Source: Trueperaceae bacterium | Lineage (GTDB): Bacteria; Deinococcota; Deinococci; Deinococcales; Trueperaceae | Length of the DNA: 64,000 nt | Assembly (NCBI GenBank): GCA_965215565.1 | Contig: CBDCDZ010000004.1 | Location: 864,001 to 928,000, forward strand | Direction: 5' to 3' | Shown: positions 38,133 to 48,091 of the stretch, one piece after another | Numbering within the stretch: the first letter of the stretch is position 1 | Layout: the number at the start of each line of letters is the position of its first letter | Notes under the pieces: generated by a model | What the model was told of the DNA's origin: nothing | What the model saw: only the letters and a program-made list of their open reading frames with translations | The model's database searches: none | Made by a program: the position numbers and the translations under genes

Positions 38133-41100
38133 GTGCAGGGTCTGACGCCGGGTCCGCTCAAGCTCGTCCTCTGCACGCTCCTTTTGGCGCTCACCTCGCT
38201 TACGTTCGCCGTACAGATCGACATCCTTTCAGCCAATAGGTTAGAAGTTCGTCCCATCACGCTACCCGACGGGAGCGAGGGCGAACTTATCGTTATCTCC
38301 GGCTCACCCGTGCGGCTGCGCGTGGACGACGACGAGATCACGGCGGAGTATATCGAGTTCGACCGCGAGAGCCGCCTCTTGCGCATCGTTGGGGCGGGCG
38401 ACCTCTCCTACGACGACGTCTCGACGGAGGGCGAGGACTACGTGGTGGACTTGTCCACGCAGGAGTTCACGGTGCAAGATGTGTTCATCTTCACTGCGCC
38501 CATCGATATTCAGGGTGTCAGCGCGGAGCGGCTGCCGGGGCAGGTGAACATCACGGCGGGCGCGTTCAGCCCCTGTAGCCGCTGTAACCAGGACACGCAA
38601 GACTATTCGTTTCGCGCCGAAAGGATGCGTCTCTATCCAGGTGACCGCTTGGTAGCGTTCGACGTGACGGTGCTCATCCGCGACGCGCCCGTGCTCTTCT
38701 TGCCGCTGTTAGTGGTGCCGCTCGGTCCGCAGGAACGTCAGCCGCGTTTCAGCATCAGTCAAGGTACGGGTTTAGTGAGCGACGACAACGGCGCGGAGAT
38801 CGCGCTCGACTGGCCCTACGTGATCGGCGCGAACGCTTTCGGCACGACCTCTTTGCGCTACTACGCCGACGTAACGCCGGGCGCGGGCAACGGCTTTACG
38901 GAGAGCTTTTTCGGCGGGCGCATCGACCGGAGCTATTTCGGCGGCGGCTTCGACCACAACTTCTATACGGAGCAGGGGCAGGGCGACCTGGACTTTTTCT
39001 ACCTGCCCGCCTTTGCGGAGCGGAACACGGACGACGAAGACCCTCCGCGCAACGCGTTCACCTTTCGCTTCGCGTACGCCACCATCGAAGCGTTGAATAT
39101 CCCCCAACTGAGCGTCGAGGTTTTACGCGATGACGACGCGAATCAGCGCATCGGTGAGTACGGCGTGGCGTACAGCGACACGCTTTTCGGGGGGTCTCTG
39201 TACGCTGTAGATGCGCAGTTTCGGACGCGAGGCTACTACGACTTCGACCGGGCTGACGACGTTGCGCTGCCCTCCTACGCGGACCGGAACACGCCCGAAC
39301 TTACCTATGGGCGCGTGACGCTGGAGCCTGCAGAACGTGCGAGCTTCAGCATCGGACCCTTTACGCTGTCCGAGCTGCTTTTAGACCTCGGCGTGTTCGA
39401 GGACTCGAGCAACCCCGGCAACCGCAGCGCGGCGCAGACGCCCAAGTCCACCGCCGGGCGGCTCGTGGAGAGCCACCAGCTCCGTTTGGACACCCTAGAA
39501 CCGCTGCCCGGCTTTAGCATTTCGGGAAACACGACCTTTAGAGGTCAGTACTACACGAACGGCGAGCGGCTCGTGGATTGGGACAGCGAGCTGCGCGCGG
39601 CGCAAGATTTCGGCGTCGGGACGCTCTCCTTGAATTTCACGCGCGACGTCAACCAGGGCGAGACGCCCTTTCGCTTCGACGCGCTGGGCACGGACCAGAC
39701 CCGCACCGCCCTCGCCTCGTCGCTGTCGCTCACGCCCGCCGCGTGGCTCAGCCTGAACGTAGACCAGACCTACGTGTTCGTGGACACCCGCACGCCGGAT
39801 GACGTAGGGGCGGGACCGCTCGAGTCCCGCCTGTCCCTCTTCGGCAACCTCAGATGGTTGGATGTAAGCTTCGCCAACGAGTACGACATAGAGGAAAACG
39901 ACCCCGGCACCTTGGAGACGAACGTCACGCTGACCTCGCCCGACTCGATCGTCACCGGACGCTTCAGCTACGACGTCGTGCAGGACTTTCAGACCACCAC
40001 CACGAACCGCACGGACGGCGCGGCGGAGCTAGAGGACGACTCCGAGACCACCCTCGAGGCGGAACTCGGCTACGCGAACGTGTTCAATGTGGATTTAGCG
40101 GGCGGTACGAGGTACGACGTGAGCGATAATGGTGGTAATGAGGTGATTCGCCGAGAGTACAAACCGTTCACCATCGGCGCGACGATCGGCTCTCTAGACC
40201 AAGCGGATGAGGTGCCTGGCGCGCGCTTTTTCTATGAGCGCGACCTCAACGTTCCCGCGGGGCAAACGGCGGGCGAGACGCGGGAGCTAGGCTACGAAGT
40301 GACCGGACGTTACGGCCCCGTGACCGCCAGGCTGGAGCAGACCTTCGACTTCGCCGACAACGCCGTGGACGACACCCTCTACAACCTCACCTGGGAGGAC
40401 GCGGTCAGCCTCGAGGCGACGGGCTTCACCCTCGTGCCGCCTAGCTTGCTCGGCTTAGAGCCCGAGGACGAGGCGGGCTTCGAATCGGACTTCAGCGTGA
40501 GCGTGCGCGACGAGACGCAGCCCGACGACGAGACCTGGTCACTTACCTACAGCACTACCTTTGACCCGGACCTCGCGAACCGTACGGGCGGCGTAGGGGG
40601 CTACCGGAACTCGCGGCTCCAGTTCCTCGTCGATCTGCCGAGCACCTATATCGGCACTTCGCTGGGCGACATCGGCTTCCGGGTAGACCTCCGCTCCGAG
40701 CTGCTTTTGGCGGACGCGCAACTCGCCCAGACCTACCTCCGCAACGCCGAACTGACGCTCTTTAGCGACTTCTTCTCGCGCGTCGGCGTGCAAGGCAGGC
40801 TCGAGTATAACGCGACGCTGAGCGGCGACGACTTCACCAGGAGCGCCCTGACGCTAGACGAGTTCGGTGTAACGGCGCGCGTGACCGACGAAGTCTACGT
40901 CTCCGCGCTGCTGAACGACGTCTGGGATTTCACGGGCACCAACGCGGCGCAGAGCCCCTTCACCTTCCAGCCGACGCTCTACGTCACCTGGAACCGCTGC
41001 TGCTGGGCGCTCTACAGCTCGCTCGACACAGAGAACGGCACGCTCAGAATCGCGCTGGGCTTTCCGGGTGAAGAGACGGGCTTTCAGCAAGCCTTCGACA

Positions 41101-41135
41101 CGCCGCTCGCGCTGCCGCGCCGCCGCGGAGAGTAG
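38133..41135 (+). CDS. LptD/OstA-like outer-membrane beta-barrel protein
   Basis: Signal peptide, jellyroll-like N-terminus with FSPCSRC, VLFLP, long amphipathic beta-strand region, C-terminal CC; directly follows lptFG. Confidence 0.7.
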   Translation: MQGLTPGPLKLVLCTLLLALTSLTFAVQIDILSANRLEVRPITLPDGSEGELIVISGSPVRLRVDDDEITAEYIEFDRESRLLRIVGAGDLSYDDVSTEGEDYVVDLSTQEFTVQDVFIFTAPIDIQGVSAERLPGQVNITAGAFSPCSRCNQDTQDYSFRAERMRLYPGDRLVAFDVTVLIRDAPVLFLPLLVVPLGPQERQPRFSISQGTGLVSDDNGAEIALDWPYVIGANAFGTTSLRYYADVTPGAGNGFTESFFGGRIDRSYFGGGFDHNFYTEQGQGDLDFFYLPAFAERNTDDEDPPRNAFTFRFAYATIEALNIPQLSVEVLRDDDANQRIGEYGVAYSDTLFGGSLYAVDAQFRTRGYYDFDRADDVALPSYADRNTPELTYGRVTLEPAERASFSIGPFTLSELLLDLGVFEDSSNPGNRSAAQTPKSTAGRLVESHQLRLDTLEPLPGFSISGNTTFRGQYYTNGERLVDWDSELRAAQDFGVGTLSLNFTRDVNQGETPFRFDALGTDQTRTALASSLSLTPAAWLSLNVDQTYVFVDTRTPDDVGAGPLESRLSLFGNLRWLDVSFANEYDIEENDPGTLETNVTLTSPDSIVTGRFSYDVVQDFQTTTTNRTDGAAELEDDSETTLEAELGYANVFNVDLAGGTRYDVSDNGGNEVIRREYKPFTIGATIGSLDQADEVPGARFFYERDLNVPAGQTAGETRELGYEVTGRYGPVTARLEQTFDFADNAVDDTLYNLTWEDAVSLEATGFTLVPPSLLGLEPEDEAGFESDFSVSVRDETQPDDETWSLTYSTTFDPDLANRTGGVGGYRNSRLQFLVDLPSTYIGTSLGDIGFRVDLRSELLLADAQLAQTYLRNAELTLFSDFFSRVGVQGRLEYNATLSGDDFTRSALTLDEFGVTARVTDEVYVSALLNDVWDFTGTNAAQSPFTFQPTLYVTWNRCCWALYSSLDTENGTLRIALGFPGEETGFQQAFDTPLALPRRRGE

Positions 41136-41285
41136 AAAGGGCAGCGGGGTAGAAACAAGGAAGAGAACGCGAAGCGAATAGACGAGCGTAATACCGGCAA
41201 TTAACTCCCTTCAGAAACACCTCTTTATTCAGAAACGCCTCGAGCCGAACATCAATCTAACCTCTTATTCAGATAGGCTAAGACC

Positions 41286-42539
41286 ATGAAACGTCTTCTT
41301 CTTCTCACGCTCCTCGTCCTCACCGCTTGCACGGGTACGACTGAGCAAGGCACGCCCATCTTTCTCGTCGTCGGCTATCAAGCGGACGCGGCGGACGGGG
41401 CGGAGGGCAAGGTGGGGCTCATCGAGGACACCTTCGGGGTCTCGGGAGCCTCCGAGGACAGGCTCTCGTTCGTCACGAGCCGAGACCTGCCTGCCGTCCC
41501 TGTCGCCTACGATTTCACCGACCGCGACAACTTACGAGACACCCTGGTGGTGCTGAGCCGGAACGACGGCAGCGCCAATGTTGCAGATAGCGCCGCCTTT
41601 CTGAGCTTTTTCAATGTAGGGGGCGTCGATCCGGCAGACCCGGCGAACTTTACACTCACGAGAGACTTGCCGCTGAGCACCTTAGACGCCGAGCCCGGCT
41701 TGCCCCTAGACACGGAATTTTGCCCTATCGACGTGCAAGTCAGCAGTGACGGGCGCTACGCCGCGCTGCTCCACGAGGGTACCCCCTGCGGCGCACCCGA
41801 GTTCCAGGCGGTGGACGTCATCGACACGGAGGCCTCGCCGCCCGCGCTGTTAGAGCGCTTCGACATCCAGATCGAACCCGCGAGCCTTTACCTCGCCCAG
41901 GTACCCATAGAGAACGACCGCCTCTACTTCTTTCAGGACGATCCCGCAGGCGTGCAGCTCACTGAGGTCACCCTGCCAGACGAGAACGCGAACAACCCCG
42001 ACATCGACACCGCGCCTGGTGGCGACGTCGAAGAGGTCATCGACATCGCTGACAGCAACCAAGAGGTGGAGGACTTAGGTGTCGTGCGCGCCCCCACCGA
42101 CGCTAACCCCGACCGGCGCGCGCTCGTGGCACTCTTTGACGAGAGCTTCGTGCCTATTGTCAACTACGCCGAGGGCACGCCGGACGACGGCACACGCGAA
42201 GAGACGATTGACGAGAGCCGCAAGATCATCACCGACGACTTCTTGACTACGGAGACGATCTTCGTTTTGGGCGAGGACGAGTTCACCGTCCATCAAAATA
42301 TAGGTGCGGCAGAGGAAGAAAGCGTGAGCATCAGCGCGGCGGACGCCGTTTACGAGCCCAGAAACCGCTTCGTCTTCTTCGTGTCGGACCAACTGGTTCG
42401 CATCTTCGACCCTACGGACTTCACCTTTGGAGAAGATAACGACATCGATATCGACAGCCTACCGACGATCACAGAACTCACCAATCCCGCTTTCATCACG
42501 TGGGCACAGGCGGTGGGGGGCGCGCCTACCGAGGATTGA
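41286..42539 (+). CDS. Acidic beta-rich lipoprotein of unknown function
   Basis: MKR-hydrophobic-LTAC lipobox; very rich in Asp/Glu. Confidence 0.8.
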   Translation: MKRLLLLTLLVLTACTGTTEQGTPIFLVVGYQADAADGAEGKVGLIEDTFGVSGASEDRLSFVTSRDLPAVPVAYDFTDRDNLRDTLVVLSRNDGSANVADSAAFLSFFNVGGVDPADPANFTLTRDLPLSTLDAEPGLPLDTEFCPIDVQVSSDGRYAALLHEGTPCGAPEFQAVDVIDTEASPPALLERFDIQIEPASLYLAQVPIENDRLYFFQDDPAGVQLTEVTLPDENANNPDIDTAPGGDVEEVIDIADSNQEVEDLGVVRAPTDANPDRRALVALFDESFVPIVNYAEGTPDDGTREETIDESRKIITDDFLTTETIFVLGEDEFTVHQNIGAAEEESVSISAADAVYEPRNRFVFFVSDQLVRIFDPTDFTFGEDNDIDIDSLPTITELTNPAFITWAQAVGGAPTED

Positions 42540-42602
42540 CAGCAGGATTCATCCTCTATTCATGGCAGCAAGTGGGGTGGGCGTCGGGTGATAGACTACT
42601 CT

Positions 42603-43130
42603 ATGCGGCTCCTTCTTAGCGCCTTTGTCGGCGTTACCCTTCTGGTAACGCTTTTGGTGTTGCTTACGCCCCAGGGCGCAAACGCGCAAGTCAACCAGGA
42701 GGGTGTAGCCGAAGCACAAGCGCAGAGGGCGCGCGGCGCAGACCTCTACGCGCTACGCTGCGCCGTCTGCCACGGCGCAACCGGACAAGGTTTAGCCGAA
42801 GCGCGGCTCGCCTTTCCTGAGGACCATAGGCGCTGCTCGAGCTGCCATAAATGGGGCAACCCCGCGCTCATGGCGAATCCTTTTATGGATAACAACATGT
42901 TCGATGTCGGCGACGCGCCCGCGCTCATCGGTGAGACCGCGCTGACAGGCTTTCCGAACGCCGCCGTACTCTACACCTACGTTCAAGCAACCATGCCCCG
43001 CCACGCGCCGGGTACGTTGACGAACGAGGAATACCTAGACATCACCGCGCATGTGCTCCACCTGAACGGCGCACTTTCAAAAGGTACGCAGATGACAAAG
43101 GAAAATGCTGTGACGTTCGTTCTGCCTTGA
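42603..43130 (+). CDS. c-type cytochrome with two CXXCH motifs
   Basis: Signal or anchor sequence, CAVCH, CSSCH, distal MP. Confidence 0.85.
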   Translation: MRLLLSAFVGVTLLVTLLVLLTPQGANAQVNQEGVAEAQAQRARGADLYALRCAVCHGATGQGLAEARLAFPEDHRRCSSCHKWGNPALMANPFMDNNMFDVGDAPALIGETALTGFPNAAVLYTYVQATMPRHAPGTLTNEEYLDITAHVLHLNGALSKGTQMTKENAVTFVLP

Positions 43131-43156
43131 TGAAAAAGCGCGCCCCAACTGTAAAA

Positions 43157-43317
43157 AAGGGAACCTCATACCCTTTCCGGTTAAACACGCTACAAAGTAG
43201 TGTGTTTAATCCCGAACAGAGTGAGTAGAAACAGCGACGGATTCCGGTGAGTAGCGGAAAAATGCGAATGCATTTTGTAGTGGATTCACCCGGAATCCGT
43301 ATCACTAGGTTCCCCTT
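43157..43317. other. Highly structured 160-nt intergenic element (ncRNA or MITE)
   Basis: Terminal GGGAACCT/AGGTTCCC enclosing two long hairpins. Confidence 0.55.
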
Positions 43318-43333
43318 CATTAAGCGGTATTAA

Positions 43334-43465
43334 TAGCACTTCCAGAACTTACTGAGACAGATTGCCGCAAATATCATCTCTGAAAGTGGGTACTCATCAA
43401 TGTTTTCTACAGTGAGAGTGTTGCTTCGCATCGCTTCGCGCACTCAAACCAGATGATACCTGCTA
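43334..43465 (+). mobile_element. Miniature element family B
   Basis: TAGCACTTCC...CCAGATGATACCTGCTA. Confidence 0.85.
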
Positions 43466-43497
43466 TAAGTTCAGGTCTTGAGATTACGCTGAATCCA

Positions 43498-44550
43498 TTA
43501 CGTTCCACTTCTCGGGTCATTCACATCTCTAAAGGCGTCACCTAAGAGGTTCCAACCCAGTACGAACAGCACGATGACGATGCCGGGGTAAAACGAAACG
43601 TACCAGTAGGCGAAGGGGTCGTTGGGCGGTCCCAAAATCCAATCTCTGGCGAAGGCGATCATCTGCCCCCAGTCCGCGAAGCCGATGGGCGGTCCTAACC
43701 CCAGAAAGCTCAGCGCGGCGGCGGTGATGACCACTGTGCCGATATCCAAGCTTGCGACGATGATGATGGAGCCGATCGAGTTAGGCAACACGTGTTTGAA
43801 GATGATGCCGATATTTCTCGCGCCCAACGCCCGCGCCCCGTCCACGTACTCCTGCTCTTTGACCCGCAAGATGTCGCCGCGCACGAGTCGCGCGTAGGTG
43901 GGCCAGCCCACGATGGCGATAGCGAGCATGATGTTGACGAGCGACTGCCCTAAGATGGTTACGATGACGATGGCCATAATTAAGCTAGGCACGGAGATGA
44001 TCACGTCGGTGAAGCGCATCAAGACATTGTCGATCCAGCCGCCGAAATAGCCCGCGATGCTGCCTATTAAAAGCCCCATAGATAAACTCACACCGATGAC
44101 CAAAAAGCCGATGAAAAAAGCGGTGCGCGTGCCCCAGACGAGCCCGTAGTAGATGTCGTAGCCGCGACTCGAGGTGCCCAAGATAGACTCGGATGTGGGC
44201 GGCTGCGGCACGGGCGAGAAGGTCGTTCGGGGGATGGTGTAACACGACGAGAGGGGCGCACTCGGTAAGGGCTGCGCGAACATCAGTCGCCAGAAGGCAG
44301 GTCTGAGCGGGTTGTTGACCTCACCCACGGTGCGAGCGGAGAGCCCTAAATCGCGCAAGCAGGAGCGCCCTGGCGTGGTGATGAGCGGCGCAGAGATCGC
44401 GACAACCACGAAGAAAAGAACGATGAGCGCACCCGTAATCGCTAGCGGGTTGCGGCGAAAGCGCTTCATCGCTTTGGAGTTCCACCACTTCACGAGGGCG
44501 CTCTGTTCGCGCTCCTGCTGAGCGGGCTGCTGCATACTCGAGCTGGCCAT
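43498..44550 (-). CDS. Peptide ABC transporter permease (OppC/DppC-like)
   Basis: LGT..G.DI, EYVDGARALGA loop, LGDAFRD. Confidence 0.92.
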   Translation of the reverse strand: MASSSMQQPAQQEREQSALVKWWNSKAMKRFRRNPLAITGALIVLFFVVVAISAPLITTPGRSCLRDLGLSARTVGEVNNPLRPAFWRLMFAQPLPSAPLSSCYTIPRTTFSPVPQPPTSESILGTSSRGYDIYYGLVWGTRTAFFIGFLVIGVSLSMGLLIGSIAGYFGGWIDNVLMRFTDVIISVPSLIMAIVIVTILGQSLVNIMLAIAIVGWPTYARLVRGDILRVKEQEYVDGARALGARNIGIIFKHVLPNSIGSIIIVASLDIGTVVITAAALSFLGLGPPIGFADWGQMIAFARDWILGPPNDPFAYWYVSFYPGIVIVLFVLGWNLLGDAFRDVNDPRSGT

Positions 44551-45608
44551 CAGTTATACCTGATGCGCGGGTCGATCACGCCGTAGAGAAGGTCCACCAA
44601 GAGGTTGGCAATGACAACAATCATCGCGGTGAAAACAGCGAACCCCAGCACCGCCGCGTAGTCGAGCTGGACGGCAGCGGTCGCGCCCCACTGTCCCAAA
44701 CCTGGGTAATTGAAGACCGTTTCCGTGATGACGACCCCGTTGAAGAGGCTGAAAAGCACTAAGCCCGAGAGCGTGATGACGGGGATGAGCGCGTTGCGGC
44801 GGGCGTGCTTATAGTTCACCATGTTTTCTGGTAGCCCTTTTGCCCGCGCCGTGCGCACGTAGTCTTGCGACAAGACGTCCAAAAGCGAAGAGCGCATCAC
44901 CCGCAAAATCTGCGCAGACGAGATGATCGCGAGCGTCGTCACGGGTAAAATCATGTGCAGCACGGCGTTCCAGAAGATGTCGAAGCGTCCGTTGAGAAGC
45001 GAATCAATCGTGAGCAGCCCCGTAGGGCGCTGAAAGTCACTGCTCGCCAACTCCACAACGAAGCGCGTTGAGAGTCGCCCCGGTTCTACGCGAAACGCGC
45101 CGCCCAAAAACTCGGATAAAAACCCGCCCATCATCCCGTAGAAGACCACGAGCAGCCAAATCCCCGCCACGAAGCTCGGTAGTGAGAAGCCTACGATGGC
45201 GGCGACGCGCGTGAACTGGTCGATGAACTTATCTCGGTTCAAGGCTGCCGCCGTGCCGAGCCAGATGCCGATACCGATCACCGGAATAATCGCGTAGAGG
45301 GCTAGCTCCAGTGTGGCGGGGAACCTCTTACGAATCGTCGTCAAGACGGGCTCGTTAGTGACTTTCGAGTAACCCATGTTGCCCTGCGCCACCTGGCTGA
45401 GCCAGCGCCCGTACTGCTGATACCAGGGGTCATCGAGCCCGTAACGCTCGACGATGGCGGGCAAGTTGCGCGCCTGTTGTGGTGTTTGCGCGTAGGTGGA
45501 CGCGCGCTGAATAGGGGTTAAAAGCTGCATGAGCAGCACGATAAAGACGGTGACGCCGAAAAATACGACGGGCAAAAAGAGGAGTCGCCGAACGACGAAA
45601 GCAAACAC
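44550..45608 (-). CDS. Peptide ABC transporter permease (OppB/DppB-like)
   Basis: DYVRTARAKGL, ETVFNYPGLG, DPRI. Confidence 0.92.
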   Translation of the reverse strand: MFAFVVRRLLFLPVVFFGVTVFIVLLMQLLTPIQRASTYAQTPQQARNLPAIVERYGLDDPWYQQYGRWLSQVAQGNMGYSKVTNEPVLTTIRKRFPATLELALYAIIPVIGIGIWLGTAAALNRDKFIDQFTRVAAIVGFSLPSFVAGIWLLVVFYGMMGGFLSEFLGGAFRVEPGRLSTRFVVELASSDFQRPTGLLTIDSLLNGRFDIFWNAVLHMILPVTTLAIISSAQILRVMRSSLLDVLSQDYVRTARAKGLPENMVNYKHARRNALIPVITLSGLVLFSLFNGVVITETVFNYPGLGQWGATAAVQLDYAAVLGFAVFTAMIVVIANLLVDLLYGVIDPRIRYN

Positions 45609-45739
45609 CTTTTACCTCCTGTGCAGGTATTATCTGGTCGTCAACACGCTCAGTTAAAAAGTATAGTCATTGAGCGCACAGGTTGAAGATAATACGTGCG
45701 TACATTCAAGTATGAAATACTCTACCAAGAATAGGAACA

Positions 45740-45762
45740 AGGAGCGGCGCTGAGCCGCTCCT
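45740..45762 (-). terminator. Hairpin after the binding-protein gene
   Basis: AGGAGCGGC-GCTGA-GCCGCTCCT. Confidence 0.6.
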
Positions 45763-45781
45763 CTTGCCTCTCAAAGTCCGT

Positions 45782-47524
45782 TTAGTTCTTCGAGATGTCT
45801 TTCCAGTAGTAGTTGTGCGAAAGCATCGGGTTGTAGTAGACGCCTTGGAGCACCTCACTCGCGGCGATAAACGCGCCGGGTACGGGCAGCGGTACGACGG
45901 GCGCGAGATCGTAGTGAAGCTGCGTGGCTTGCGCGTAGAGTTCTTCGCGCTGGCTCTGATCCGTCGAGGTGTTGGCTTCCCTCAGCACCTGGTCCATCTG
46001 CTCGTCGCTGAAGTTCGTGCGTCCGTCCGGGTAGAAGCCGTCGGAGAGGTAGAACGTGTTGAAGAAGTTTCTCGGGTCGGCGTAGTCCGCGCCCCAACCG
46101 AGCACGAACATCGGCGTCAAGCCCTGGTCGCTACGAGCCAAGAAGTCAGGCCAGGCGAGCGAGCGGATGTTCATCGTGAAGTTCGGGCTCAAGAACTCCA
46201 GGTTCTCTTTGATGATTTCAAGCGCCGCTTGCCGCGTGGTGTTGCCCGCGTTGTAGAGCGCAGTGAACTCGAAGCCGGTGTCGAACAGTTGACCGTCAAA
46301 CGCTTCATTAAAGGCTTGCTCCGCCGCCTCTAAATCGAGCGTGCGAATCGGCACATTGTCGGTGTAGCCGAAGAAGGAGGGGGGCAGCGCCGCTGTTACC
46401 GCCTGACCTTCGCCCTCGTAGATTTGCTCGATAAAGGCTTGCTGGTCGAAGAGGTGCGCGAAGCCGATGCGCACGTTCGGGTCGGCGAAGAAGTCCGACG
46501 GGATGCCCTGACCGTCCAACTGCCCCGAGCCGATGTCCTCATTGTTCTCGGTCACAATGTCGGTGTTGAAGAAAACCGCTGAGACCGAGGTTTCGTTCCA
46601 GTCGGAGTTTTCGTACACGGTGACGCCCGGTGCGCCGCGAAGCTGTACCAATGCCGCGCGGTCGCCCAAGATAGCGCGGTCCGCGTCGCCCTGTTGCAGC
46701 GCGAGGATGTTGGTGGACTGCTCTTCGACGTAGTTGTAGACGACGTTGGTGATGGGCGGTGCGCCGTCCCAATAGTCCGCGAAGGCTTGCCCGACGAAGG
46801 AGTTGCCCGTCCACTCGACGAGTTGATACGCGCCCGTGCCGCTCGCCGCGTTGTGCATAAATTCTTGGGTGAGGTCGCGCCCAATCCAGTCGGTCCAGGT
46901 CGCTTCGGTACCGTCCCACATGCCGTTCTCGATGGCCCACTGGCTGTCTGTCACGCTGAACGCGGTGTACACGAGGATCGAGAGGAACGCGGGGTCGGGC
47001 TGGGTGAGGTTGAGTTGCACCGTTAAACCGTCGTCACCGTCGGGGCACTCAACTGCGCCGTCGATCATGCCCCAGTTGACCTCTTCTTGGTACGCCGCCG
47101 CGTCGCTACCGTCGGTCTGCGTGCCTAAGAACTGGTTGCCGACGAGATAGCTGACCGCGCCTTCGGGGTGCGCGACTACCATACCGCGCTCCAAGGAGTA
47201 CTCCACGTCGCGGCAGGTCATGGTGTTGCCACTATGGAAAGGCACGCCTTCGCGCAGGGTGAAGGTGTAAGTAGTCCCATCTTCGGATACCTGATAGTCG
47301 GTCGCCAAAGCGGGCACGAACTCGTCGATGCTCGCGCCGTCATACGTGTAGAGCGTTTCATAGATGTTCTCTAAGAGCGAACCTGAAGCGGTGTCGTAGG
47401 CCCTGGCCGGGTCGAGTGTAACCGCTTCGCCGAAAGCGGAGACGACGTAGGTGTCGGCGGGGGCTTGCGCCGCGCCGGTCGAAAGTAGACCGAGCAGCGC
47501 GAGTAGGGATAGAGCTTTTTTCAT
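45782..47524 (-). CDS. Peptide ABC transporter substrate-binding protein (family 5)
   Basis: Signal peptide, TLDPA, YETL, PALA, GTGAY, WGADYADP; SD AGGAGG. Confidence 0.92.
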   Translation of the reverse strand: MKKALSLLALLGLLSTGAAQAPADTYVVSAFGEAVTLDPARAYDTASGSLLENIYETLYTYDGASIDEFVPALATDYQVSEDGTTYTFTLREGVPFHSGNTMTCRDVEYSLERGMVVAHPEGAVSYLVGNQFLGTQTDGSDAAAYQEEVNWGMIDGAVECPDGDDGLTVQLNLTQPDPAFLSILVYTAFSVTDSQWAIENGMWDGTEATWTDWIGRDLTQEFMHNAASGTGAYQLVEWTGNSFVGQAFADYWDGAPPITNVVYNYVEEQSTNILALQQGDADRAILGDRAALVQLRGAPGVTVYENSDWNETSVSAVFFNTDIVTENNEDIGSGQLDGQGIPSDFFADPNVRIGFAHLFDQQAFIEQIYEGEGQAVTAALPPSFFGYTDNVPIRTLDLEAAEQAFNEAFDGQLFDTGFEFTALYNAGNTTRQAALEIIKENLEFLSPNFTMNIRSLAWPDFLARSDQGLTPMFVLGWGADYADPRNFFNTFYLSDGFYPDGRTNFSDEQMDQVLREANTSTDQSQREELYAQATQLHYDLAPVVPLPVPGAFIAASEVLQGVYYNPMLSHNYYWKDISKN

Positions 47525-48091
47525 AGTCCTCCTAAAGCGAAAAGCGTAGGGTGAAAGGTGTGTCGTTGCAGTATGGACCATTGCGGTATGGACGAAATGT
47601 CTATAGATAGATTGTCTAGTCTAATCTATAGATTGTTCACAGACCAAGCTAGGTAGCATAGAGCGCGTAAGCGCGTCCCTTAAATCCTCCTTTCCCTAAG
47701 ATCACATCGTCATGACCTCATTAGTCTAACAAACTTGCTCACGGTTGCGTCACCTTCTGAATGAAGTCTTAAAAACGGATGACTTCATTAAGTGCGTCCG
47801 AAATAGAACCGCTGATTAACTTCGTGCGCAGATGTGAACATTTGTACACTGAGTTCACCTTACCACCGAAAGCGCCGATGTCTACAGGAGGGAGTTTTTT
47901 AGGTTTTACTACGCCTCCTCGCTTGACTGTCCCGGTTCATTTTATGCATGGCTCAGTCACGTAAGGAAACGTTTTGAGCCTCTCCACGTACCTCACCAGG
48001 CTGCCAGAACGCTCGTCTTGACCTCCGCCTTGGCCTTCGTCTTGACCTCGAGTACACGGCTTTGCCCTCTTTTCGCGGTAAACTTAGCGCG

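Noticed and set aside
43482..43498. DdrO/RDRM-like palindrome
   Set aside because: Only a partial match, and it lies downstream of convergent genes
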